Shown in pieces: positions 19,085 through 28,192 of a stretch of DNA of 39,785 nt (positions are counted from its first letter, which is position 1; each line of letters starts with the position of its first letter). Below the pieces are notes generated by a model. It saw only the letters and a list, made by a program, of their open reading frames with translations, was not told the DNA's origin and did not search any database. The translations under genes and the position numbers were made by a program. The stretch lies in the NCBI GenBank assembly GCA_022425785.1, contig JAKMEV010000241.1:1-39785 (forward strand), written 5' to 3'. Origin of the DNA: Akkermansiaceae bacterium (GTDB lineage: Bacteria; Verrucomicrobiota; Verrucomicrobiia; Verrucomicrobiales; Akkermansiaceae).

Positions 19085-19120
19085 AAAAAAACCGCGGTGC
19101 CATTCACAGCACCACGGTTT
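19085..19120. terminator. Bidirectional rho-independent terminator between convergent genes
   Basis: An A7 run precedes the stem ccgcggtgc / gcaccacgg (8 of 9 pairs) with loop cattcaca, followed by ttt. It lies between the stops at 19073 (+) and 19137 (-). Confidence 0.65.
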
Positions 19121-19136
19121 GAGAATTTGGGAAAGG

Positions 19137-19808
19137 CTATCGGCGGCGACGAGCGGTCAATCCAAGAAGTCCAACCAGCGAAAGCAGGGCTGAACCGGGC
19201 TCGGGAATAGCAGGACCAAGATCGCGAACGATCAAGCCACTGAGACCCGGATCAGTGGCACCGGCCACGAAGAAGGTCTGGAGCTCAGTGTCTGCAACAA
19301 AATTTCCAACGACCCAATCACCATTCCCCCGGATCAAATCTCCACTGATGTTTCCATTGCCATCGTTAACGTTTTGAGCCCTGCCTAAACAGCAACTACG
19401 ACTGTCACCAACTCCAATGAACTGGACGTCGTAGGCATTTCCTACAGTCACCGGAAAAGCGACTATGCCGACTCCATTAGGATTCGCATTCGCAATGTAA
19501 GTGTGACTGTCCATGAGAATGTCAAGATTACTGTTATCAGTGGCCGGAGCGTAAAACGTACCTGGAGTATTAATTATATCGCCAGCTTGCGCAGTCGCAA
19601 ATCCCCCGCCCGTAAAGACATTGGTCCCGATCGTGAAAGTAGTTGCGGAATCTGCACCTCCATCAATAGCGGCATAAGGGCTTCCAGTCTCGATAAGATC
19701 GGTAGACTGAATCCCTGAACCAACGGCACCCCAGGAGACTACCGCCGCCTGAGTGGTCATCAGAGACCCTGCAAAGGCCCCTAAAATCATCGTTTTTGTG
19801 TTTTTCAT
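19137..19808 (-). CDS. PEP-CTERM-anchored secreted protein consisting only of the 'RxCC' domain
   Basis: I place the start at ATG 19808 (MKNTKTMILGAFAGSLMTTQA); the track start at 19826 is TTG. The domain contains LMDSHTYI and AYDVQFIGVGDSRSCC. The C-terminus IPEPGSALLSLVGLLGLTARRRR is a canonical PEP-CTERM sorting signal. Confidence 0.85.
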   Translation of the reverse strand: MKNTKTMILGAFAGSLMTTQAAVVSWGAVGSGIQSTDLIETGSPYAAIDGGADSATTFTIGTNVFTGGGFATAQAGDIINTPGTFYAPATDNSNLDILMDSHTYIANANPNGVGIVAFPVTVGNAYDVQFIGVGDSRSCCLGRAQNVNDGNGNISGDLIRGNGDWVVGNFVADTELQTFFVAGATDPGLSGLIVRDLGPAIPEPGSALLSLVGLLGLTARRRR

Positions 19809-19988
19809 AATTAAACTGACGTGCAAGTTACCGAAAAAATGCAGGCACTACAAGTAATTTTCACCTTAAATCGATCAACATGCCCCTTCACCAATGATTT
19901 GGCTCATTAACTAACCTAACAATCTCAACGGCGCGCCCTCTAAAGTAGAGATCGCCTGCTGATATAGAGCGGGGCCGCAGCCCGAGAA

Positions 19989-21167
19989 TCATTCATCCAC
20001 CTTCTCCTCCGGCACCCGCTGTTTCGCCTTGGGATCGACGAGCCGTGGCCGATTCTGGAAAAAGGCCTTCCGCGACTCCGTCGAAGGCACTCCCTCCGGT
20101 GTCTTTGGAAGCTCATCGCCCTCTCTCATCTCCAGGAGATTCTTATCGGTAAAGGTGTGCATCAGGGCCACCAGGTCATCAACCTCCTGATCCGTCAGCT
20201 TCAAATCACCCATATCGTCGTGATTCACCGTTTCGGGAAAATCAGTCTTGCCCCAACGCTTCGGCTCGACATCGCGTTTGTTATAAAACTCCATCACCTC
20301 TTTCAGCGTTTTGATTGAACCATTGTGCAGATAAGGCGCTGTCAGCGCGATGTTCCGCAAAGTCGGTGAGCGAAATTGACCCATCTCGTTTTTCCGGCCC
20401 GAAACCCCTCCGAGACCCGGATCTTTTCCTCCGATCGAAGGCGCGCCGAGATTATCATACCCAAAGTCACTCAAAAGCGGCTCCGGCCAGGTTCCCACCC
20501 CGAGGGGATGGCACTGCGCACAGCCCGCCTTGCTTTGAAAAAGCGCAAGCCCCCGCAATTCGGAGTCATTCAGCGCCTTCACATCACCTTTCCAGAAATC
20601 ATCAATCCGCGCATTGAAAGGACGAAACATGGGCTCCCGCAAAAAGGCTACCAGTGAATGATACACCTGATCCACCAACTTTCCGTCATTCCCCCAGACC
20701 TTCCCGCCAACCAACTTCTTGAAATCCGAGGCATATTCCGATTTACGAATCCGGGCCGCTAAATCCGCCGGGCCGGACAGGTTCATTTCATCCTTATTAA
20801 AGAAGGGCATCAGCACTTGCTCGAACTGATCGTGCGCCCGTCCATCAAGGAACAAGCCTCCCTCCAGAACATAAATCAACTCCCCTTCCTCATCATAAAA
20901 ATCCTCCGCCGCTATCGGCGGAATGAGCGCCGCATACATTAAGGTCGGCGCATTCCGTCGGCCTTTCCGCCCATTCACCGCTCCCGGCGACACCCGGCGC
21001 GCATCCGCGAAGGCCGCCTTCGGATCATGACAGGACACACATCCCTGCCCGACCGGCTGGGACAAACTGGTATCCATGAAAATCTTCCGCCCAATCACCA
21101 CCGGAGAGACCTCTTCCGCCCGGGCAAGACACCCGGCGACCATCATAACGAACGCAAACCATTTCAT
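19989..21167 (-). CDS. Di-heme cytochrome c peroxidase (CCP/MauG family)
   Basis: Signal peptide and two CxxCH motifs (GQGCVSCHDP and KAGCAQCHP) in the spacing and context typical of bacterial CCP. Confidence 0.9.
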   Translation of the reverse strand: MKWFAFVMMVAGCLARAEEVSPVVIGRKIFMDTSLSQPVGQGCVSCHDPKAAFADARRVSPGAVNGRKGRRNAPTLMYAALIPPIAAEDFYDEEGELIYVLEGGLFLDGRAHDQFEQVLMPFFNKDEMNLSGPADLAARIRKSEYASDFKKLVGGKVWGNDGKLVDQVYHSLVAFLREPMFRPFNARIDDFWKGDVKALNDSELRGLALFQSKAGCAQCHPLGVGTWPEPLLSDFGYDNLGAPSIGGKDPGLGGVSGRKNEMGQFRSPTLRNIALTAPYLHNGSIKTLKEVMEFYNKRDVEPKRWGKTDFPETVNHDDMGDLKLTDQEVDDLVALMHTFTDKNLLEMREGDELPKTPEGVPSTESRKAFFQNRPRLVDPKAKQRVPEEKVDE

Positions 21168-22207
21168 TTCCTCTTACCAAGACCGATCTTCTTACAATAA
21201 GCGATACTCCGCTCGATGTCACCCAACTGGTATTTCTGGGTTTCCTCTTTCGACTTCCCTTTGAAGGGGGGCTTCTTCCTACCGCCGACGGCCCACTTTT
21301 TAAAGGCATCCAGACTCGCAGGCTTCTTGCCCCACTTCTTCCACATCTCCTCGTCCTTAATCGCGAACTCCTTATTGAATCCCGAGATCGTTTCAATCTG
21401 TACTGGCGCATTGGGACACAACTCGGCGAAGCGCTTGAAGTAAGTTTTCCAATCCACCATCCCTTCGCCCATCGCGGTCCACTGCACGGTCACGCCTTTC
21501 TCGCTTTCCCAAATCCGGGAATCACGAAGGCTCGTCGTCAGGGTATACTTTCCAAGATTCTCGAGATTCTCGAGCGGAGTTTCGAACGTCCACACCGCAT
21601 TTCCGGCATCGAGATTCACACCTACAAAATCCGGCCCGGCCTTTTCGACCAGGCTCTTCACCTCCAGTGAATGCATGTCGCCGGCATGATTCTCCATCGC
21701 CACTTTCACTCCCAGATCCTGGCACAAACTCTTGTTTCTCTTCAGCACTTTGACCGTGTCATCGATGCGCGCTTCAATCCCGCCCTCGGTCTGGCGATCC
21801 CGACTATTTCCGAGCACCACTCTCAAAACCGGCGAGCCCAGGGCCTTCGCCGCACGAAGACCCAACTGCAAATGCTCATCGGCCGTGCCCCGGTTGTCGC
21901 GGAAAGAAACCGAGGTCGGACAGACACTCCAGGTTCCCAGGAAAATCTTAATCCCTTTGTCGTCAGCATACTTCTTGATCCCGCCCAGCGCCTTCAGGTC
22001 CAAAGTCTCAAAGGCGTCAAGATCTGTAATAAACACCGTATCGACCTTCAGCTTCACCGCGTAGTCAATCAACTCCTTCGCCTTCCATCCCATCGCGCGC
22101 ACCGCGAAATTGTCATACCCCAAAAGAAGAGGATTCTTGGCCTCATCCGCCAAGGCAACCCCGGCCGAAGCCGCCAACGAACTCCCAATAAACTGACGCC
22201 GATTCAT
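21164..22207 (-). CDS. Tat-exported xylose-isomerase-like TIM-barrel protein (sugar phosphate isomerase/epimerase family)
   Basis: I place the start at ATG 22207, which gives the twin-arginine signal MNRRQFIGSSLAASAGVALA. The TIM-barrel family pattern is present (VAMENHAGD.., GVNLDAGN). An ATGA overlap links it to the downstream CCP gene. Confidence 0.8.
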   Translation of the reverse strand: MNRRQFIGSSLAASAGVALADEAKNPLLLGYDNFAVRAMGWKAKELIDYAVKLKVDTVFITDLDAFETLDLKALGGIKKYADDKGIKIFLGTWSVCPTSVSFRDNRGTADEHLQLGLRAAKALGSPVLRVVLGNSRDRQTEGGIEARIDDTVKVLKRNKSLCQDLGVKVAMENHAGDMHSLEVKSLVEKAGPDFVGVNLDAGNAVWTFETPLENLENLGKYTLTTSLRDSRIWESEKGVTVQWTAMGEGMVDWKTYFKRFAELCPNAPVQIETISGFNKEFAIKDEEMWKKWGKKPASLDAFKKWAVGGRKKPPFKGKSKEETQKYQLGDIERSIAYCKKIGLGKRK

Positions 22208-22261
22208 CGCCCCCGAGTTTCCCAACTCCCCCTCATCAAGCAAGCTTCGGTTTCAACGAAT

Positions 22262-22290
22262 AAAATAGGAACCAAAAGTCTTCCTTTTGG
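22262..22290 (-). terminator. Probable terminator of the helicase gene
   Basis: Perfect 7-bp inverted repeat ccaaaag / cttttgg (22272-22290) with a 5-nt loop. On the minus strand it is followed by a T-rich tract (tattttatt). Confidence 0.45.
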
Positions 22291-22379
22291 ACCGCAGCCC
22301 TGATTCATCAATTCAAAACCCTGCCCCAATAATTCCTTTTTACTCAAGGGCCTGTTCAACACCACGGTATCCCCAAGCC

Positions 22380-24491
22380 TCATGAATTCTCCATCTCCCG
22401 CAACTTCTCCCATTCATCAATCAAGCTGGAATCAATCTGCCTGATCATCCCGCTCAGAAATTCTTCGGCTTCGGCGACCTCTTCGGTCTTCGCTATCGGG
22501 GGAACGGTTTGCACCAGGACTTTGTAGACCTCCGACAGGTGACGCAGCAGCACAGCTTCGCTTCGTTCGAGTTGATACGACTTCACGTAATCTTCGAAGG
22601 AAGTCCAGTCTTCCACCATTTCCCGCACGATCGATTTCGGCCGTACTCCCGCTTCCTTGGCCCAAGGGTTTGCCAAAACAAACTCATTGTAGGTTGCGTA
22701 GATAAAATCCTTCCCGGGCTTCGGATGCTCGACCTCTTCCAGAGCCTCCAGCCGATCCTCGTAATCCATCCCCTCTTCTTTCAACTGCGCCATCAGGGCC
22801 GTCTTGATTTTATCGGTTTGCTTGCGAAGCACCGCAGTGGGATCCTCGACAATTGCTTCAATCAACGAGAGTATGTTCAGGACGTATTTCGGATCCTCGG
22901 GATCAAGTTTTAAAACAGTCTCGATCAAGTAAAGCCCAAGGGCCTGGTTCATCGTGAAATCGTCCTGCAGTTCGACATTCAACTCCACCTTGGCTGGTCC
23001 AGTGCGTTCCTCTTTTGGAATAATCGTAAGCACTTTTCCTTCGACCAGTCCCTTGAAAAGCGCAAAGGCTTTCTTCTGCAATCCTTTCTTCTTCACCGGC
23101 GTTTCATGACACACCCTGATCAGTCGCCTCAACTCGGCACAACCGTCTTCATGTTCACGTGAAAGCACATTAAGCAAAGTGCCATGCCGGAGATTAAAAC
23201 TCGACGTGAGCTTCTCCGGCGGTGCGGTCTGTAATTTAAGAAAGGTTTTCTCATCCCAATTCACAAACCCCTTCTCCGGCGGACGCTTCTTTTGAGCCTT
23301 GCTCTTCTTCCCCTTCGCCGCCGCCTTTTCCTCGGCTTTGATATTCTCAATGACATATTCCGGAGCCTGCGCCACGACGTATCCTATCTCGTCAAAGCCC
23401 CGCCTCCCGGCTCGCCCGCTGATCTGACGAAAGTCACGCACCGCGAGGATCTTGGTAATCTGCCCACCGTATTTGAAAAGCTGGGTGAACAGAACAGTCG
23501 TGATGGGAACATTCACTCCCACGCCCAAAGTATCCGTTCCGCAGATCACCTTCAACAATCCGCGCTGCGCCAACTTCTCAACCAGCACACGATACTTCGG
23601 CAAGAGTCCGGCATGGTGAATTCCCAGGCCGTGCCGAAGGAGTTTCTTGACCTCCTTACCATAAGGACTTTTGAAATCGGCATCTTCCAACACCTTGGCA
23701 ATTTCCGCTTTTTCGCCCTTGGTACAAAAATTACGACTCATCAAATTCTGCGCCGTCCGCGCACAGGCCAGTTGCGTGAAATGGACGAGGTAAATCGGCG
23801 CCCGCCCGGACTCCACGAGCTCTTCCACTTTGTCCTCCAGCGCCGTCGTGCTGTATTCGAACTCCAAAGGCACTGGCCGGTCCTCCGACTTCACCAAAAC
23901 TGTTTCCGCTCCGGTGAGGTCCGTGATTTCCCTCTGAAAAAACTCAGTCTCTCCCAGAGTCGCCGACATTAACAAAAATCGCGCCTGTGGCATTGTCAGC
24001 AATGGCACCTGCCATGCTACCCCACGTTCATGATCGGAATAGTAATGAAACTCGTCCATGATCACCTCATCGACCTGGGCCCTCGATCCTTCACGGAGCG
24101 CCAGGTTCGAGAGAATCTCCGCAGTACAGCATATCACCGGCGCCCCGGCATTCACGGTGGCATCGCCGGTGATCATGCCAACATTGTCCGCGCCGAAAGT
24201 TTCACAAAGCGAGAGAAACTTCTCATTTGCCAGGGCCTTGATTGGCACGGTGTAAAAAGATCGCCGCTTTTGGCAAATGGCGCGAAAGTGCAAAGCCAGC
24301 GCCACGAGGGATTTTCCCGAACCGGTCGGCGTATTGAGAATAACATTCTTCCCTTCGAACAATTCCAGGATCGCCTCTTCCTGATGATCATAGGGTTCAA
24401 TCCCCGCCTCAATAAGATACTCCAGAAAGGCATCCAAGACCTCGCTACTATCAGAGGGATCGGAGATGACACCGGGATCGAGATCAGCCAT
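22380..24491 (-). CDS. Ski2-like DEAD/DEAH-box helicase with a DUF3516-like C-terminal region
   Basis: Walker [11 protein letters not shown], motif [12 protein letters not shown] (MSATLG) and motif [12 protein letters not shown], followed by a long helical C-terminal extension. Confidence 0.85.
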   Translation of the reverse strand: MADLDPGVISDPSDSSEVLDAFLEYLIEAGIEPYDHQEEAILELFEGKNVILNTPTGSGKSLVALALHFRAICQKRRSFYTVPIKALANEKFLSLCETFGADNVGMITGDATVNAGAPVICCTAEILSNLALREGSRAQVDEVIMDEFHYYSDHERGVAWQVPLLTMPQARFLLMSATLGETEFFQREITDLTGAETVLVKSEDRPVPLEFEYSTTALEDKVEELVESGRAPIYLVHFTQLACARTAQNLMSRNFCTKGEKAEIAKVLEDADFKSPYGKEVKKLLRHGLGIHHAGLLPKYRVLVEKLAQRGLLKVICGTDTLGVGVNVPITTVLFTQLFKYGGQITKILAVRDFRQISGRAGRRGFDEIGYVVAQAPEYVIENIKAEEKAAAKGKKSKAQKKRPPEKGFVNWDEKTFLKLQTAPPEKLTSSFNLRHGTLLNVLSREHEDGCAELRRLIRVCHETPVKKKGLQKKAFALFKGLVEGKVLTIIPKEERTGPAKVELNVELQDDFTMNQALGLYLIETVLKLDPEDPKYVLNILSLIEAIVEDPTAVLRKQTDKIKTALMAQLKEEGMDYEDRLEALEEVEHPKPGKDFIYATYNEFVLANPWAKEAGVRPKSIVREMVEDWTSFEDYVKSYQLERSEAVLLRHLSEVYKVLVQTVPPIAKTEEVAEAEEFLSGMIRQIDSSLIDEWEKLREMENS

Positions 24492-24535
24492 GCCCGGAGA
24501 CCCTGAAGGAGTGCCGTAACATGTAAAGCCCTCGG

Positions 24536-25024
24536 CTATTCTTCTACCGTCTTAAACAAACGAAATCCCCGCTTCTGGTAATTCGCCAAGGCGTGCGGAT
24601 GATCTTCGGTGCAGGTATGAAGCCACACCCGCTTCGTGTCCGCCCGTGACCAGGCCTGCGCTACGGCCAAACTCAACATCGCCGACCCCAGCCCTTTTCC
24701 AAACATCTGTGGCAGCAAACCAAAAAGAGCAATCTCAACTTGACCACCATCCTGCACTTCCAACTCAAAGTATCCCGCCACTTCTCCCTCCCAATAGGCC
24801 AGCCAGGTTTCCAAACCCTCCTGCTCCGCAAAAGCTCTCCACTTTTCCTGACTCCAAACCAAACGATCCGTCCAATCCCAATCACCTCCGACCTCACGAT
24901 ACATTCTCTGGTTCACCAAGCCACCTGGTTCATCCACTTTTCTTCCCTCAAACCCAGCTGGCGCATCCACCGGGGAGAATTCCTCCCGGGATTTCATTTC
25001 AAGATAGGAGACAATCGACGACAT
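24536..25024 (-). CDS. GNAT family N-acetyltransferase
   Basis: The acetyl-CoA binding region [19 protein letters not shown] and its size of 162 aa are typical of GNAT. Confidence 0.75.
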   Translation of the reverse strand: MSSIVSYLEMKSREEFSPVDAPAGFEGRKVDEPGGLVNQRMYREVGGDWDWTDRLVWSQEKWRAFAEQEGLETWLAYWEGEVAGYFELEVQDGGQVEIALFGLLPQMFGKGLGSAMLSLAVAQAWSRADTKRVWLHTCTEDHPHALANYQKRGFRLFKTVEE

Positions 25025-25033
25025 GACTATTTT

Positions 25034-25540
25034 CTACGAATTCAACTCAGTAAGAATTTCCATAATTGTCTCACCACTCCGGTGATCAAAAAGACCTTCG
25101 ACCCGAATCCACTGCGTGACTTGCGCCAACTCCGGCGGCTTCAAAGCGAGGCGATTCAAATCATCCAAGTCACCTTTCCCCTCTTCCCGCACCGCCCGAT
25201 AGAAATGAAGATATTTCCTCCCGGCCCGACCCAAAAAGGTCACGGTAAGATTCTCACCAACCGGGCGCTCTTCAACACCCTCCCAAAAATCTTCCGGCAA
25301 CTGGTCTAACTCCAATCGGCCGGCCGTCGTGATATTCAACCAATTGGGCTCCATTGAAAACTTCTGCGCCACTTCAACAGCCGCGCCTTGCACCTCCATC
25401 GGGAGCGGAAAGGCATCGAGCAATTCATTCCCCTGCTTCATCGCGATGACTTCAACGAGCGAAGATTCCTCATCGCAAATCACAAGATGAGCCGCCTCAT
25501 CCAACAATTCCCCAAGACATACCAAGGCCGAAAAATTCAT
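25034..25540 (-). CDS. Hypothetical protein
   Basis: A 168-aa ORF packed between neighbours (gaps of 9 nt and 1 nt) with matching codon usage. I recognise no family. Confidence 0.55.
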   Translation of the reverse strand: MNFSALVCLGELLDEAAHLVICDEESSLVEVIAMKQGNELLDAFPLPMEVQGAAVEVAQKFSMEPNWLNITTAGRLELDQLPEDFWEGVEERPVGENLTVTFLGRAGRKYLHFYRAVREEGKGDLDDLNRLALKPPELAQVTQWIRVEGLFDHRSGETIMEILTELNS

Positions 25541-25541
25541 C

Positions 25542-26519
25542 TTACGAGAAGAGCTCTTTCACCGCCGCACGTTTCAATGCAAGTTCGCGCCATTCGCTCA
25601 TCAGGCGCGATTCCTGAATCACACCGCAACCACTCGGCAATTGAAATTGATCCCCTTTCCAGGCTGTCATGCGAATCGCGACCAGCGCTTCGAAATCTCC
25701 ATCACGATACAATCCAAAGGGTGCCCCAAATTCCGGCGGACAGCCCAATCGTTTCCGCCAATCATTCAATAAGTCCATCGTCTCCTGCGTGCGGGGTAAC
25801 GGCCCCAATGCAGGCGTCGGATGAAGGCGATCAATCAACGTTTGAATTAACTCGTAGCGATATAGCTCCACTTTGATGAGCGTTTGAAAATGGATCAATT
25901 TGCCCAGATCCAAAATCCCCCGCTCCTGACGGGTCACCATTCCCAGATCCGAGAGCTTCGCAATCAAGGTCTGTGCCACAAACTCATGTTCGCGGATTTC
26001 TTTATCATCAATCGCAAACAAGGCGCCCTCATCACCCCCCGCCGTTCCAGCCAGCGCCATGGTGTAGATTCGTCCATCGAAATATCGAAAGAGCACCTCG
26101 GGGGTGGCACCCAAGAACCCCTCATCTTCGCCAATCCAGCCATAAGGTCGCAAATTGGCCGGAAGATTCAGCAATCGTCCAAGAAGAACATCCGGTGATA
26201 CCTCCCCCTGCCCGCTCACCGTAACCACAGGCACCGACTTTTCGATCACTCCCTGCGAAATCGCCGATGAAACCTCCCGAAAGACCTCAGCAAATGGTTC
26301 CGCGTCGGCTTCCTCCCAGCTTATCTCAGCCGGGCGGGATTCCTTCACGGACTCGAGCACCTCAACGCGGTCCGGAATCAGCCAGGGCTTTTCCTGGCTA
26401 AGCGAAAAATTATTCTTATAAAACGCCACTCCCGCTGAAGGAGCTTCGGACTGTGCGGTAAAAGGACCGTAACCAACGAGCACTTCGCCGGTTCTGGTTC
26501 CAAATACCGCACGTTCCAT
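25542..26519 (-). CDS. menF: Short isochorismate synthase-like chorismate-binding enzyme (MenF type)
   Basis: GATPEVLFRY..GRIYTMALAGT, DKEIREHEFV, LHPTPALGPLP and GAPFGL...ALVAIR match chorismate-utilising enzyme motifs. Confidence 0.7.
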   Translation of the reverse strand: MERAVFGTRTGEVLVGYGPFTAQSEAPSAGVAFYKNNFSLSQEKPWLIPDRVEVLESVKESRPAEISWEEADAEPFAEVFREVSSAISQGVIEKSVPVVTVSGQGEVSPDVLLGRLLNLPANLRPYGWIGEDEGFLGATPEVLFRYFDGRIYTMALAGTAGGDEGALFAIDDKEIREHEFVAQTLIAKLSDLGMVTRQERGILDLGKLIHFQTLIKVELYRYELIQTLIDRLHPTPALGPLPRTQETMDLLNDWRKRLGCPPEFGAPFGLYRDGDFEALVAIRMTAWKGDQFQLPSGCGVIQESRLMSEWRELALKRAAVKELFS

Positions 26520-26526
26520 GACCTAC

Positions 26527-27291
26527 CTACTCTCCCACTCCGTTACGGATGATGTCGGCAAAGCTGGACACTTCCAGTCCGGCTCCACCCACGAGTGCTC
26601 CATCGATATCTTTCTGACCGAGGAGCTCCTTGGCGTTATCGGGCTTGACCGATCCACCATACTGAATGCGCACTTTTTCGGAGACGGAAACTCCGTAGAG
26701 GTCAGTGAGAACAGAACGCACAAATTCGTGGGCATCCTGTGCCTGTTGAGGCGAAGCCGTCACTCCGGTCCCGATAGCCCAAACAGGTTCGTAAGCAATC
26801 ACCGTATCAAGCATCTGTTTTTCAGAAACATCCTTGAGACCGTCGGTGATTTGCGTTCGCAAAATATCTTCCAGCTTTCCATCTTCGCGCTCTTGCAAAG
26901 TTTCACCGATACAGAAGATCGGCCTCAATTCCAGATCGTGTGCCTTGAGAACTTTCGCGTTAATGAGGGCATCGCTCTCACCATAAATCGCACGACGTTC
27001 GGAGTGTCCCAGGATGACATAGTTCACGAAAACCTCTTTCAACATAAGCGCACTGATCTCGCCGGTGTAGGCGCCACTATCTTGCTCGCTCATATTCTGG
27101 GCCGAGACACGAACTCGTGAATGCGCCAGTAGCTCAGTCGCTTTCGGAAGAGAAATATAGGGAGGGGCTAATACGATATCGACACCTTTGGGGAGGTCGT
27201 TGAGTTTACTCTCAAAACTTTGGATAAAGTCCTCGGTGTCCGATGGTCCTTTGTTCAGCTTCCAGTTGGCGGCGATAATGGGCTTCCTCAT
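26527..27291 (-). CDS. tpiA: Triosephosphate isomerase
   Basis: MRKPIIAANWKLN, ILGHSERR, AYEPVWAIGTG and QYGGSV are canonical TIM motifs. Confidence 0.97.
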   Translation of the reverse strand: MRKPIIAANWKLNKGPSDTEDFIQSFESKLNDLPKGVDIVLAPPYISLPKATELLAHSRVRVSAQNMSEQDSGAYTGEISALMLKEVFVNYVILGHSERRAIYGESDALINAKVLKAHDLELRPIFCIGETLQEREDGKLEDILRTQITDGLKDVSEKQMLDTVIAYEPVWAIGTGVTASPQQAQDAHEFVRSVLTDLYGVSVSEKVRIQYGGSVKPDNAKELLGQKDIDGALVGGAGLEVSSFADIIRNGVGE

Positions 27292-27378
27292 GTCGGGAGC
27301 GAGGTAAACCAGACTCCCGACAAGGGCAAGGCTACTTTGAGTTGGGAATCAATTGTCCCACTTTAAGTGGCCGACGTT

Positions 27379-28113
27379 TCATTGCCCTCGTTGAATCTTC
27401 AACATTTCCTCCGCGTATCGCTCACCAAGAATCTTCATACTTTTGGCATCGAAATGCCACCGGTCCATCGCCGTCAGGCCCTCCGATTTGACCACTCCGG
27501 TGTGGGAAACTTTCGATGATAGCTTCGCGATTTGATCATTCACCTCCTTGGCATTGTTCACCTGACCCGCGACAAAAGGCAGCTTGGGCAACTCCAAATC
27601 CTTGCGCAAATTTTTCACCAGCTCTCTCAACTTGTCGAGATACTCGGGGTCCTTGTGATCGGTCTCACCCTGATGCCAAAGCACCCCTTTGAGCTCTCCT
27701 TTTTCCATCGCCGCCTTCATCCGCCGAAGAGCCTCTTGATAAAATTTAGCGTCACGCGTCCACTGCTTGATACTCGATCCTCCTTTGGCATTCACCACGA
27801 GACCAATCGTCATCTTGGAATCCTCTTTAAGCATCGCTTTTGAAAATGAATAGCCCGGATTCATCTTCTGCATGTTCAACCCTTTCCGAATTGTAGAGTA
27901 TCGATTGAGGGGATTTTTTGCAGGCTCGAATTCGTCTTCACCATTTAAAAGAAAACACCTCTCGATGACTCCTTCATCCTTTTTCGCAATCGGCGCACGG
28001 CCCGCCATGTTTGACTGGCCGATGAGCAGATAGAGACCCATTTTCTCTTCCGCCACTGAAAGTGAAGCACTACTCATCACGAACCCGATCAGGAGGAAAA
28101 ATTTCTTAGGCAT
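27379..28113 (-). CDS. SASA-family carbohydrate esterase (sialate O-acetylesterase-like, DUF303)
   Basis: I place the start at ATG 28113, preceded by AGGAGG, with a signal peptide. It carries GQSNMAGRA (the catalytic Ser block) and WHQGETD. Confidence 0.85.
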   Translation of the reverse strand: MPKKFFLLIGFVMSSASLSVAEEKMGLYLLIGQSNMAGRAPIAKKDEGVIERCFLLNGEDEFEPAKNPLNRYSTIRKGLNMQKMNPGYSFSKAMLKEDSKMTIGLVVNAKGGSSIKQWTRDAKFYQEALRRMKAAMEKGELKGVLWHQGETDHKDPEYLDKLRELVKNLRKDLELPKLPFVAGQVNNAKEVNDQIAKLSSKVSHTGVVKSEGLTAMDRWHFDAKSMKILGERYAEEMLKIQRGQ

Positions 28114-28192
28114 GATTCCTCCTATCGAATTTAAACCCGTAATCCAATCAGATTGCAGTTGCCCCTTCATTTCTCTCTCCTAAATTCCCCGC

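Noticed and set aside
27292-27378. The inverted repeats gtcgggag/ctcccgac and ccactt-t-aagtgg in the esterase-tpiA spacer.
   Set aside because: They are short, lack a following T-run in the transcribed orientation, and are not distinctive enough to call a terminator or operator.
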